Assembly: GCA_009786985.1 (NCBI GenBank) | Contig: WRGW01000112.1 | Span: forward strand, 2,330 to 66,329 | Direction: 5' to 3' | Length of the DNA stretch: 64,000 nt | DNA from: Oscillospiraceae bacterium | Lineage (GTDB): Bacteria > Bacillota > Clostridia > Oscillospirales > Ruminococcaceae | In this document: positions 1-9,442 of the stretch, in pieces | How positions within the stretch are numbered: position 1 is the first letter of the stretch | Layout: each line of letters begins with the position of its first letter | The notes under the pieces: model-generated | What the model saw: only the letters and a program-made list of their open reading frames with translations | What the model was told of the DNA's origin: nothing | Databases searched by the model: none | Translations under genes and position numbers: made by a program

Positions 1-489
1 TGATGACATTTCGATTACTGGTATGTCGAGCATACGAATCCCATGTCGTTTAGCAGGTTCGTCGTAATCAGAAGCACTTCCAGCCCTCGCAACTGCTACA
101 ACTGAACACTGTTCGAGAACTTGTTCATATCGAACCCATTTATGAAATTTTTCGACCATATCCGAACCAATTATAAGCGTGAACTCACTATCAGGGTAAG
201 TCTGATGTAACTTTTTCAGCGTATCAGCTGTATAGCTGTATTCAGGAGTATTTTCTATGTCTGAAATTTCACAATTCGGTACGTTAGCAAATGCCGCTTT
301 TGCTAACTCGAATCGCAAAGCAAAACTCGACATGGTTTCTTTGTGAGGAGGATTTCCAGTTGGAATAATAAGAATTTTATCGCATTTCAGCTGGTTCACG
401 ACCGATTTTACTAAGTTTATATGCCCCATATGAGGTGGGTCAAACGCTCCACCGAAAATTGCAATTTTTTGCTTATCATTTTTGTTCAT
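1..489 (-). CDS. nadD: Nicotinate-nucleotide adenylyltransferase, 3' end cut by window edge
   Basis: Own translation of minus strand from ATG 489: MNKNDKQKIAIFGGAFDPPHMGH (GGxFDPPHxGH motif), open to position 1, ending IEMSS; not in the ORF track. Confidence 0.9.
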   Translation of the reverse strand, partial: MNKNDKQKIAIFGGAFDPPHMGHINLVKSVVNQLKCDKILIIPTGNPPHKETMSSFALRFELAKAAFANVPNCEISDIENTPEYSYTADTLKKLHQTYPDSEFTLIIGSDMVEKFHKWVRYEQVLEQCSVVAVARAGSASDYDEPAKRHGIRMLDIPVIEMSS

Positions 490-495
490 AGTTCT

Positions 496-1116
496 TTACC
501 ATCCCCCTTCTAATTTTTGGACAAACTCCCGCAACGCTTTACCACGATGGCTGACAGCGTTTTTATCATCGGCTGACATTTCGGCGAATGACTGATGTTG
601 TTGGCTCTGCCAATGTACAGGAGACTTAAAGCCTTGCCTGCTGTCGAGATACAAGAATACGGGGTCATACCCAAATCCATTTTCGCCTTGTTCAGAAAAA
701 GCAATCTGCCCCTCACACTCTCCATGAACGAATTTTGTATGCTCCTTGCCATCTCCATTGACATAACATATGCAGCAAACAAATCGAGCTGTGCGTTTAT
801 CGGCTGGGACATCTTTCATACGTTCTAACAGCCAAGCATTATCATAATTCGCCGAATACACCCCTGGTTCGCCGTCAAGTGCGTCAACGCAAAGCCCCGA
901 ATCGTCCGAAATTACTGGAAGCCCAGTTTTTTTATAAATCGCCCTTGCTTTGAGGGCAGCATTTTTTTCAAAAGTATCGCCAGTTTCGGCAACACTTATA
1001 CAAACCCCAGCTTCGGATTGTGAAATCGCTTCATAACCAAGAGGGGCTAATAGTTGCTTAAATTCACGAACTTTTCCAACGTTGTTAGACGCTATAATGA
1101 TTTTCATTTTATTCAT
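496..1116 (-). CDS. rdgB: Non-canonical purine NTP pyrophosphatase (Ham1 family), carrying a ~16-aa repeat-derived insertion
   Basis: ASNNxGK, DDSGL, GFGYDPVF and SHRGKAL motifs. Confidence 0.95.
   Translation of the reverse strand: MNKMKIIIASNNVGKVREFKQLLAPLGYEAISQSEAGVCISVAETGDTFEKNAALKARAIYKKTGLPVISDDSGLCVDALDGEPGVYSANYDNAWLLERMKDVPADKRTARFVCCICYVNGDGKEHTKFVHGECEGQIAFSEQGENGFGYDPVFLYLDSRQGFKSPVHWQSQQHQSFAEMSADDKNAVSHRGKALREFVQKLEGGW
594..642 (-). repeat. Copy of hairpin repeat module inserted in frame in rdgB
   Basis: Minus strand AGCAGGCAAGGCTTTAAGTCTCCTGTACATTGGCAGAGCCAACAACA aligns ungapped to 50614-50660 AGCAGGCAAGACTTCAAGTTGCCTGCTCGTTGGCAGAGCCAACGACA. Confidence 0.85.
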
Positions 1117-2180
1117 ACGCCACTTTCGCCATCTGGAAACAGCACGTTGACATAATCTTCTGGCACAAAAGGCTGTAAATCGTCGAGCTTTTCGCCTACA
1201 CCCACTAATTTGACTGGAATCCCAAGTTCATTCTTGATTGATACGATTATTCCGCCTTTAGCAGTTCCGTCTAACTTAGTCAGAGCTATTCCGCTAATCG
1301 CTGTAACTTGATTAAAAAGCCGTGCTTGATTAACAGCGTTTTGCCCAGTAGTTGCATCAAGTACGAGTAGTGTTTCAAAGCTACAGTCTGGTAGCTGTGA
1401 ATTGACTGAACGTGCGATTTTTTTTAGCTCTTCCATAAGGTGCTTTTTATTATGAAGTCGCCCCGCTGTATCGATTAACAAAACATCTACCCCTCTGGAT
1501 TTTGCAGCATTACAAGCATCATATGCAACCGCAGCGGGGTCAGCACCCTCAGCGTGTTTGACTATGTCGACTTCTGCACGATTAGCCCACTCTGAAAGCT
1601 GTTCGATAGCGGCAGCACGAAACGTATCCGCCGCCGCTATGAGGACTTTTTTGCCGTCTTTTCTAAGATTAGCGGCAAGTTTCCCGATTGTAGTAGTCTT
1701 ACCAGCACCATTCACTCCGATTACAAGAACAACAGAGGGGCTTGTAGTGAGTTTAAGTTCGTTGTCACCAGTAAGCATTTGTGTGATGATTTGCCTAAGC
1801 ATTCCAGTAATCACCGACGTGTCAGTAGCACCCACTCGTTTAATTTCAGCACGTAACTGCTCACAAATTTCATCAGCGGTCTGTACTCCTAAATCAGAGA
1901 GAATTAATGTTTCTTCGAGTTCTTCAAAAAATTCCTCATCAATCTTGGTGAACGAATTCACTACCCTTGAGATACCTTCAGAAAAGTTGTCTTTAGTCTT
2001 CTGCAATCCAGCCTTTAGCTTGCCGAATAATCCAAGCGGTTTTGATGGCTCTGGTGATTCGATTATTTCGGGTTTTGCTATAATTTCAGGCGTTTCAGAC
2101 CTGGTTGGATTTTCAACCTGTGTTTCAAGTGTTTCTTGCACCGATTCTTGTGATTTTTTTCGCTTTGAAAACAAGCCCAT
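1113..2180 (-). CDS. ftsY: Signal recognition particle receptor
   Basis: GVNGAGKTTTIGKLA, DTFRAAA, DTAGR, TKLDGTAKGG motifs. Confidence 0.97.
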   Translation of the reverse strand: MGLFSKRKKSQESVQETLETQVENPTRSETPEIIAKPEIIESPEPSKPLGLFGKLKAGLQKTKDNFSEGISRVVNSFTKIDEEFFEELEETLILSDLGVQTADEICEQLRAEIKRVGATDTSVITGMLRQIITQMLTGDNELKLTTSPSVVLVIGVNGAGKTTTIGKLAANLRKDGKKVLIAAADTFRAAAIEQLSEWANRAEVDIVKHAEGADPAAVAYDACNAAKSRGVDVLLIDTAGRLHNKKHLMEELKKIARSVNSQLPDCSFETLLVLDATTGQNAVNQARLFNQVTAISGIALTKLDGTAKGGIIVSIKNELGIPVKLVGVGEKLDDLQPFVPEDYVNVLFPDGESGV

Positions 2181-2247
2181 TTAATTTGTTCCCTTCAGTC
2201 TATATAGTTGCTTAACTTAAAAGTTATACTTATCTAATTCTACCACA

Positions 2248-3270
2248 TTATTCAGCTATTGTCAACATCTCCCCATCATTAGATATAGTTGTTTGCGGAA
2301 AAATCTTCTGAACTGCTTTTGTGCCGTCATGTGGGCGTTCGAGGGCAGGGCTATAATGAGTCAGCCACAATCGTTTGGCACCACATTTGCTGGCTAGTTT
2401 CGCCGAATCCGAAAACAGCATATGGTTTTTTTCGTCGATTTTTTCACGCATTCGTTCATCGTAATACATACCCTCGCTGATTAGCAAGTCTACATCTTTA
2501 GCAAAATCTATCATTTGCGGAAAAGGTTTAGTATCGGTAAAGTAGCAAACCGAAATCGGACGACGGATTCCATCTAAAACCTGCTCTGGCAGAATAATAC
2601 GACCATTATCGAGAGTGACACTCTCACCTGAATGCAGGTGTTTGTAAAACTTTACTGGAACATCAAGCGACTTCGCTTTATCTGGATTAAACACTGGTTT
2701 CCTCGAAAGTTCGATTCTATATCCGAGGCAGTTCACACCGTGCCTCAAAGGTAGTGCTGTAATTTTTACTGGCGAGGTCTTTTCCCTAGAACTTGCACGG
2801 TACCCTGCATCATGACCGCCGACGTTTTGGAGATATAGCGGTTTTGGAGTACAAGGAACAGAAGTCGCAATTGGACTACCAGCAGTAGGTTGGTCTGACT
2901 TTACTGTTCGGCTGAATTGTAACTCTATAATTTCAAGAGGAAAAGGTAGGCGTGGTGCGATTACCGTCAGTGCCGAAACAATCCGCTTCAGCCCGACTGG
3001 ACCTGCAATAGTGAGTGGCTGTGTTCGCGCGGAATTTGCAAGAGTGAGCAAAATCCCAGGTAAGCCCGATACGTGGTCGGCATGAAAGTGTGTGATTAGG
3101 AGCAGTTCGATTCTCGCAGGTTTTAGCCCCGCTTTCTTGAGGGCAATTTGCGTTCCCTCACCGCAATCGATTAAAATCGCTGCACCTTGATGTTCAATCC
3201 AACAACAAGTTAGCCATCTATTCGGAAGCGGAAGCATTCCGCCAGTCCCAGGTAGACATACATCAAGCAT
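2248..3270 (-). CDS. rnz: Ribonuclease Z (tRNase Z), with a ~35-aa internal insertion
   Basis: LPGTGGMLP, DCGEG, THFHADH, HYS motifs; likely start ATG 3270 (MLDVCL) overlapping upstream gene's stop. Confidence 0.9.
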   Translation of the reverse strand: MLDVCLPGTGGMLPLPNRWLTCCWIEHQGAAILIDCGEGTQIALKKAGLKPARIELLLITHFHADHVSGLPGILLTLANSARTQPLTIAGPVGLKRIVSALTVIAPRLPFPLEIIELQFSRTVKSDQPTAGSPIATSVPCTPKPLYLQNVGGHDAGYRASSREKTSPVKITALPLRHGVNCLGYRIELSRKPVFNPDKAKSLDVPVKFYKHLHSGESVTLDNGRIILPEQVLDGIRRPISVCYFTDTKPFPQMIDFAKDVDLLISEGMYYDERMREKIDEKNHMLFSDSAKLASKCGAKRLWLTHYSPALERPHDGTKAVQKIFPQTTISNDGEMLTIAE

Positions 3271-5782
3271 TGTTTTCTTCGCTTTCTTTTTCTTTTTTGA
3301 ATTTGACTGGGTCGAGCAAAAATCCGTGTTCGTAAATAGACGGTACAATTTGTTTATCGACAAGAGCGTTCAGAGCTTCTTTGAGTTGTTCATTTAATGC
3401 TTGATAAGTAGTATCAGGGCTTTTAGAAGCCATTCGCCCCTTGGCATTAACACCTTGAAAATGTCTACGAATATCATAAATAGACGCATTGTGTTCAAAC
3501 TGAAGATTTCCGCAAACTGAATGTGGGAAAGGTTTCCCATCATTTCCAGTATGATAATATCGGAAAATTTCAAGCCCTGCATCATAAACCGCTCTTGCAT
3601 CTGGAGTTAGTTCTTCGGGGAGATTGCGTTCGTTAAGACATTCATACACAGTTTTATGCTTGAATGCAGCTTCATTCGTTCCTATTTGTTTTTCGCTAAA
3701 AGGAATCCAGTGGTTTTCGCCGTTAGCAATTGAAACATAGTTTTGATTGTGGAAAATTGCGAAAATCAGGCAGTTGTTCACAAAATGCTTGGAGCGTAAC
3801 GGAATCTTGCTTGGATAACAAAATTGTTCACGGTCGTTTAACCATGTTGCTTTCACAGAATGCCGAACCGAGAAGTAGATTGCAGAATAAAGTAGTTGTT
3901 TGTCGGAAACAGTAAATTCATGATGACCTCGCCCTTTAGAGGATAGAAAAACAAATGATTGATTTTGAAAATCGTTTCCCACAAATCCCATTTTAGCTAT
4001 TGGGATTGCATTTTTAGGTTCGTTTTTTAAGAAATCGTCTTTCCAATCGTTGATTAACTTGCATTCAAAATACGTATGAATTTGATGTTTAGTCAAAAAT
4101 TTGCCGTCTGATTTATAAGCATCAACTTCTATACACGGGGTTAATTCCCATTCAACACTTGAATCCCAGACTTTAAACCCTATTGGGAATTTGCCAGACA
4201 CGTTATCAAAAGTTTCAGCTGGAATCAAAAAGCAAGATTTAAGTTCTGGTTTAAACCATGTACGCATTTGCTCAAAATTAGGCGACTGTAAAATTTTAAG
4301 TTTTGAAAACTCACCTATAATACAGCCCTTAAATTCAAGATAAATACGTGCAATAAACTGTGCAAAAAGCTCTCCTTGTGCTTTGCCGAGGTTTTTGGAG
4401 TGAATTTCTTTAATCGACGTTTCGCCTATGCCTTTTCTGCCCTCTTTATCGGCACTCATTTTTTTGCCATCACCCTCCGCATAAGGTGGGTTAATCAAGA
4501 ACACTAGTTTTTTGCGACGTTCTTCGCATTCAAGAACGTCCACCAACGCATCGGGAACTTTTCCGCCATCAGACTTGCGTTTGATTTCGTCATTCAAAAA
4601 GTCAAACTGGAATACGTTTTCAGCGAAAGTCGGCTTTGTTTCGTTTGCGGTAATGAGTACGTTTTGACGGTCAATGTCAGAAGCGAAAACTTGTTTGCTG
4701 TTATACAATCCCGAAAGCAGATTACCCGTCCCTGTAGCACAATCCCAAATTGTGTATTCATCTTGCCAGTTGTCGCTTAAGACCTCTCTCAAGCAATCGT
4801 GAGCTTTATTCACCCATTTACGAGGAGTAAAAAATGCACCTCTACGCTCCATAACATCACGAGGAATCAAAATATCACGGCGGAGCAAAATATCTTCCCA
4901 CGGGGAAGTTACCATACCTTCAGTTTTTTCACGGCGTGGAGGGCGTTTGCAACGTTTCCAAAATTTCTCGTATTTTACGCCATTATCTTTGAAAGTAACC
5001 TCATTTAATGTAGGGTCATCAAATACACCTTCTCTCGCTACTTTTATGAAGTATCTATGAATTTTACCACACCTCATTTGAACCTGTAGCGTTTCGAGTG
5101 ATGTTTCGCCAAAATCTTCGTCAACGTACGCATCTGCTATAAAAAAATCCGCAGCGGCGACACCGTTTCTCCCCCATTCTTCCCAGTCATCATCAGATAA
5201 ATCGATTTGCGGCAGAACCTCATCACACCATTTATCGAAAATGTGATTTAGATTATACACCGTCATATCAAATGCTGTAAGTTCTGATTGCTTTTCTAAA
5301 TCGGTTTTAATAAACGTCTTGAATTCAGTTAAATCTTTTTTGTTACGCAAATCAACGACACGTTCTACTTTTACATAACGTTCGATTAGCCCTTGAAGCT
5401 GCTTAAAACGCTCATGCGAATGATTAGATGGGGTAGTACTCCATTCTATATCCTGGCGAAAGAGTAAATCTCTGAAATTTTCCATCTTGTAAAGTGTGAA
5501 TTTTTCAGGGTCAAACACAGCGAGGTATGATGGTGGCATTGCATCTTCGGTGAAGTAGAATTTTCGCACAGTAAACAACAACTGTGTTAGCATAACCTCA
5601 CACGCTGTGACATCTTTTTTAGCTTCCGCCCAGAGCAAATGACGCTCTTCGTCACGTGGTGAAATCAAACAGAAGTCTATTTTAGACTTCCCGAAATCTG
5701 GTTCGTATCGAAAAGGTGAAAACATATATTCGTACATAGCTTGTTTGTACTGCTCTTCTGACATCTTTGACTTATAAATCAT
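3263..5782 (-). CDS. Putative Type IIG-like restriction-modification fusion (PD-(D/E)xK nuclease + N6-adenine methyltransferase + specificity region)
   Basis: N-terminal IDF...WAEAKK (D...ExK), GAFFTP, motif I IWDCATGTGNL, motif IV INPPY. Confidence 0.7.
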   Translation of the reverse strand: MIYKSKMSEEQYKQAMYEYMFSPFRYEPDFGKSKIDFCLISPRDEERHLLWAEAKKDVTACEVMLTQLLFTVRKFYFTEDAMPPSYLAVFDPEKFTLYKMENFRDLLFRQDIEWSTTPSNHSHERFKQLQGLIERYVKVERVVDLRNKKDLTEFKTFIKTDLEKQSELTAFDMTVYNLNHIFDKWCDEVLPQIDLSDDDWEEWGRNGVAAADFFIADAYVDEDFGETSLETLQVQMRCGKIHRYFIKVAREGVFDDPTLNEVTFKDNGVKYEKFWKRCKRPPRREKTEGMVTSPWEDILLRRDILIPRDVMERRGAFFTPRKWVNKAHDCLREVLSDNWQDEYTIWDCATGTGNLLSGLYNSKQVFASDIDRQNVLITANETKPTFAENVFQFDFLNDEIKRKSDGGKVPDALVDVLECEERRKKLVFLINPPYAEGDGKKMSADKEGRKGIGETSIKEIHSKNLGKAQGELFAQFIARIYLEFKGCIIGEFSKLKILQSPNFEQMRTWFKPELKSCFLIPAETFDNVSGKFPIGFKVWDSSVEWELTPCIEVDAYKSDGKFLTKHQIHTYFECKLINDWKDDFLKNEPKNAIPIAKMGFVGNDFQNQSFVFLSSKGRGHHEFTVSDKQLLYSAIYFSVRHSVKATWLNDREQFCYPSKIPLRSKHFVNNCLIFAIFHNQNYVSIANGENHWIPFSEKQIGTNEAAFKHKTVYECLNERNLPEELTPDARAVYDAGLEIFRYYHTGNDGKPFPHSVCGNLQFEHNASIYDIRRHFQGVNAKGRMASKSPDTTYQALNEQLKEALNALVDKQIVPSIYEHGFLLDPVKFKKEKESEENNA

Positions 5783-6678
5783 AGTCTAATAGTTCCTCTA
5801 CTATGCAGATTAGAAATTTCTACGTTTTTATGCACACCGCCACTTTCGCCATCTAAGCACCATGCGATGTTCTGACCCTCTTCACTGGTGATTTTTACGT
5901 TTGACACACGTTCAAAAATAACATAATCTGAGTGGAATTTTTGTGCCGATAAATCCATCATAATTTTACTAAGCAGAATTGGATTATTTGGGTTTTTTAC
6001 GAGAATAAGTTCAAATTTTCCATCATCTAACTGAACTTTTGAGCGGTTTAGCTTAAACATTCCAGCGACTGAAGTTGTATTTGCAATCAAACCTACTGCA
6101 AATTCATCAGTCACCACGGTTCCGTCGTATTCAATTGTCATCTTGTATGCAGGAATATCGATTGTCTGCTTGACACCTTCCGCAACATACGCCAGATGCC
6201 CGAACACTTTTTTTGCACCTTGAGGAACTACGTAAGATACCGACGTAAATAATCCAAACGCCGCTACATACACAAAAAAACGCTCCCCCTCACTCGTAGT
6301 AATGCTACCAATATCAAGAGGCGAGTCAGCTCCGTTTATGATTTTTTCGACTGCACGTTCAACGTTTGTTGGCATAGAAACTGTTCGTGCAAAGTCATTA
6401 GAAGTTCCCGCTGTGATGAAGCTGAAGCTCGGCGGTTCAGAAATTCGCATAAGCCCGTTAATCGTTTCGGAAAGTGTTCCATCGCCGCCATAGCAAACAA
6501 CCAAGTCGAACGCCTTTCCGTTGATATAGGCTATTCTCTCGGCATCTCCTCTTTTTACTGTGGGGAAAACGGTAACTTCGTATCCGTTAGCAGAAAAAGC
6601 AGTCACTAATCGTAACAAAATTGAACCAGCTTTCATTCTACCAGCGTTAGGGTTTATGATTAATAATAATTTTTTCAT
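5779..6678 (-). CDS. Diacylglycerol/lipid kinase family protein (YegS/BmrU-like)
   Basis: IINPNAG, GGDGT, AGTSNDFAR, DGE motifs. Confidence 0.9.
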   Translation of the reverse strand: MKKLLLIINPNAGRMKAGSILLRLVTAFSANGYEVTVFPTVKRGDAERIAYINGKAFDLVVCYGGDGTLSETINGLMRISEPPSFSFITAGTSNDFARTVSMPTNVERAVEKIINGADSPLDIGSITTSEGERFFVYVAAFGLFTSVSYVVPQGAKKVFGHLAYVAEGVKQTIDIPAYKMTIEYDGTVVTDEFAVGLIANTTSVAGMFKLNRSKVQLDDGKFELILVKNPNNPILLSKIMMDLSAQKFHSDYVIFERVSNVKITSEEGQNIAWCLDGESGGVHKNVEISNLHSRGTIRL

Positions 6679-6729
6679 TCTTCCTACCAGCGTTAGGGTT
6701 TATGATTAATAATAATTTTTTCATTCTTC
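6638..6729. repeat. Perfect 46-bp tandem duplication covering the lipid kinase start
   Basis: CTACCAGCGTTAGGGTTTATGATTAATAATAATTTTTTCATTCTTC at 6638-6683 and 6684-6729. Confidence 0.95.
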
Positions 6730-7425
6730 TTCTATTTCTGTTTCTTGATTAGTGGTGATTGACCGTAAAGCTCGCTCGATTGCTAACCTAAAAAACAACG
6801 GGAGTCGTTGATGTTCGTTTTCGTTAGAAGGTGGAGGGTATCTATCAAGAAGAACATCAGAGTTATCGCCAAGAACATTAGAATCATCACCAGTTGGGAG
6901 TCTGTTATTCTCTTCACCATTTTCAACGCCAGTCAATGCAGTGCTATTGTCATCAGGCACAAAATCCTCTGATTCCGATGGAGAGGTTGGAAAACCAGAA
7001 TAATTTTCTGGATTTTTTGAATCGCTTGAATCAAAGGCTGTGTTATTATTATCAGCCGATTCTAATAAAACAACATTTCCTTCAAACAACAACCCAAATT
7101 CAGAGAGATTTATAAGATAAACAATCCCTACAATAATCACACAAGCAACGGCAGCAATAGAACTCCATACAAATTTAGAACGCCGTGTAATCGTAAAAGG
7201 TTTTAGTTCTTCGAGAGCGTTGTCTTGATTTTTGTCTCGACTTTTATGGACATTGCGTGTTGGTTTAATTTCCTTGATTTCTTGATTTAGACGAGTTTTT
7301 AAACTTTCTAAAAATTCATCACTTGGTTTAATTAGTTCTATATCTTTTTTATAAAGTGTTTTGAAATCGCCAGAGTGATTGTTGTCAGCATCACTGGCAT
7401 GATTAAAATTCAAGTTTTTCTCCAT
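6721..7425 (-). CDS. Putative single-pass membrane anti-sigma factor
   Basis: Directly downstream of and overlapping the ECF sigma gene; one TM segment (FVWSSIAAVACVIIVGIVYLI) and an acidic outer tail. Confidence 0.6.
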   Translation of the reverse strand: MEKNLNFNHASDADNNHSGDFKTLYKKDIELIKPSDEFLESLKTRLNQEIKEIKPTRNVHKSRDKNQDNALEELKPFTITRRSKFVWSSIAAVACVIIVGIVYLINLSEFGLLFEGNVVLLESADNNNTAFDSSDSKNPENYSGFPTSPSESEDFVPDDNSTALTGVENGEENNRLPTGDDSNVLGDNSDVLLDRYPPPSNENEHQRLPLFFRLAIERALRSITTNQETEIEEE

Positions 7426-7936
7426 AAAAATCCACCCCCTTTAGCTTTTCTTTGAGTCGTTTTCTCGCTCTATGTAACAGCGATTTGACGGTATTTGAAC
7501 CGAGTTTGGTTACTTCACAAATTTCAGAAATCTGCAAGTCTTCATAATAAAAAAGGTGAATTATTACACGCTCTTTTTCGGGGAGCGATGCAACAGCTGG
7601 GTATACAGTCATACGAGTTTCGATGCGATGTAACTCTTTATCGCTAGAGGCGTTTGCGGTATTATAAAACGCAAAATCGTCCGTTAAATCGCTTGCAAAC
7701 TCGTGCTGTTTGTACGCTTTTCGAGTGAGCGACGAACTTTCGTTAATAGTAAGCCGGATAAGCCATGCTTTTATATGCTCGCTATTCTCGAAAGCCTTAT
7801 TGTCGTTCTGTACTTGTAATGCTTTTAAGAACACGTTTTGCACAATATCTTCAGCGTCGTGAGAGTTACCAGTGCGTGAAAAAGCTATCCGATAAAGCAT
7901 TTCGGAGTATTCTGCTATTATTTTTTCGACCGTCAT
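7403..7936 (-). CDS. ECF RNA polymerase sigma factor
   Basis: DAEDIVQNVF, KAWLIR, LPEKERVIIHLFYYEDL..EI, TVKSLLHRARKRL. Confidence 0.9.
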   Translation of the reverse strand: MTVEKIIAEYSEMLYRIAFSRTGNSHDAEDIVQNVFLKALQVQNDNKAFENSEHIKAWLIRLTINESSSLTRKAYKQHEFASDLTDDFAFYNTANASSDKELHRIETRMTVYPAVASLPEKERVIIHLFYYEDLQISEICEVTKLGSNTVKSLLHRARKRLKEKLKGVDFYGEKLEF

Positions 7937-8024
7937 ATGCAAAATAAACCACCTTCTGATACTAACACGCAATAGCTTTCTGAAAGGTTGCGGAAAATTG
8001 TATGGAAGTTATATGAATTTACGA

Positions 8025-9395
8025 CTATACTTCCTTGTCTGGCTTAATCATCTTAATCATATCTCCGATTTTGACTCTATCACCATTATGCAAGATGATA
8101 TGCTCATAAACTTTTGCTACAAACAGTGCAAACAAAACTAATGTCGCTATAAGCACCAAAAGAGGGATTGCAATTTCGCTTCCACTAAGCTCACCAGACA
8201 AAATTGCTGGCGGCAATGCAAACGCTGATGAAATCGGAAGGTATCGTGAAAGTATAATCAGAGTATTGTCATTATCTGCTCCGAATATAAACGGAAAATA
8301 AGTCATATACAAACCAAGCGTTGCGAGAATTGCAAGCGGTTGATTCGCAGTTTGCAAATCTTCGATTTTACTGACACTCGCTCCTATTAGACCAGCAATC
8401 AACGAATAAAATAAAAAACCGAAAACAAAAATCACAACAATCAAGGCTATATTAAGCGGATTAAATCCTGCAAACGCATTCGGTAATTCTGCACGAATTT
8501 CCATAAACATAGGGTCATCAGTAGGAACCGAACCTATGATTTCCCCAATCGCTCCATAAGGTGCAGTTATAAAAAATGTCGCTGTTGCAACTCCGCCGAC
8601 TATAACTACAGTAAAAAGCACCACAAGCGTAGAAGCTAAAACTTTCCCGACTACAACAGCAAGCGGTTTAATTGAAGTAAGCAATAATTCCATAACACGT
8701 GACGATTTTTCGGTAGCAATTGCCTGCGATGTTAGCTGGCTATACGTTATAATCAAGACAAACAACAAAATAGAGAACACGGTAGTGACTACTGCACCTA
8801 TACCTTCAGCTACCGCCGAACGCCCTTCTTCTCCACCGACATTAACACTAGTATGAATAAACGCATTCGCTGCCATAAAATCTTCCATCGTTATACCAAG
8901 ATACTCGACATTAGCCACACGTACGATTCCTTCAAAAGTGACGAGTAGTTCAAAACAATCATTTGCATTGATAAGCTCAGTACTTTCGGGGCGTGACATG
9001 ACTACATCAAAACTACCATGTTCATTCGGCGAGATGAGCGTTAGCACAATCGCTTCATCGCTTTCGGTAACACGCTCCATAATCTGGTTGATTTGGTCTT
9101 GGCTAATTAGCTCATACCGAACGTCAATAATCGGCAAAGCACTAAAATCAAGTTGTAATTCTGTGTTGTTGTAGATATATACCTTGTCGATTTCAGATGC
9201 CACAGCTATGATATTTCCTTGGTCGTCGGTGATTAAATTAGGCTCATCGCTAAGCCATCCCGGTAAAAAATTACCCAAAGCAATCATAGCTGAAAGCAGC
9301 AGAGCAGTAATCGCTGTTCCCCAAATAAAAGTTTTAGCTTTGATTGTTTGCATAAAAGTAAATTTCAGAACTTTTTTCCAACCTTTGATTCTCAT
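8025..9395 (-). CDS. ABC-2 type permease (NatB/YhaP-like)
   Basis: One N-terminal TM, large loop, IATEKSSRVMELLLTS motif, multiple C-terminal TMs. Confidence 0.85.
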   Translation of the reverse strand: MRIKGWKKVLKFTFMQTIKAKTFIWGTAITALLLSAMIALGNFLPGWLSDEPNLITDDQGNIIAVASEIDKVYIYNNTELQLDFSALPIIDVRYELISQDQINQIMERVTESDEAIVLTLISPNEHGSFDVVMSRPESTELINANDCFELLVTFEGIVRVANVEYLGITMEDFMAANAFIHTSVNVGGEEGRSAVAEGIGAVVTTVFSILLFVLIITYSQLTSQAIATEKSSRVMELLLTSIKPLAVVVGKVLASTLVVLFTVVIVGGVATATFFITAPYGAIGEIIGSVPTDDPMFMEIRAELPNAFAGFNPLNIALIVVIFVFGFLFYSLIAGLIGASVSKIEDLQTANQPLAILATLGLYMTYFPFIFGADNDNTLIILSRYLPISSAFALPPAILSGELSGSEIAIPLLVLIATLVLFALFVAKVYEHIILHNGDRVKIGDMIKMIKPDKEV

Positions 9396-9442
9396 TTAAA
9401 TTAAATCCTCGCAATTTTTGAAATTTGGCTCTTGTATTGGTT

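Noticed and set aside
1558-2184. Long antisense ORFs in the track (e.g. 1558-2184, 12339-12881, 17306-17857, 40990-41523)
   Set aside because: They shadow well-identified genes on the opposite strand and have no RBS or recognisable motifs.
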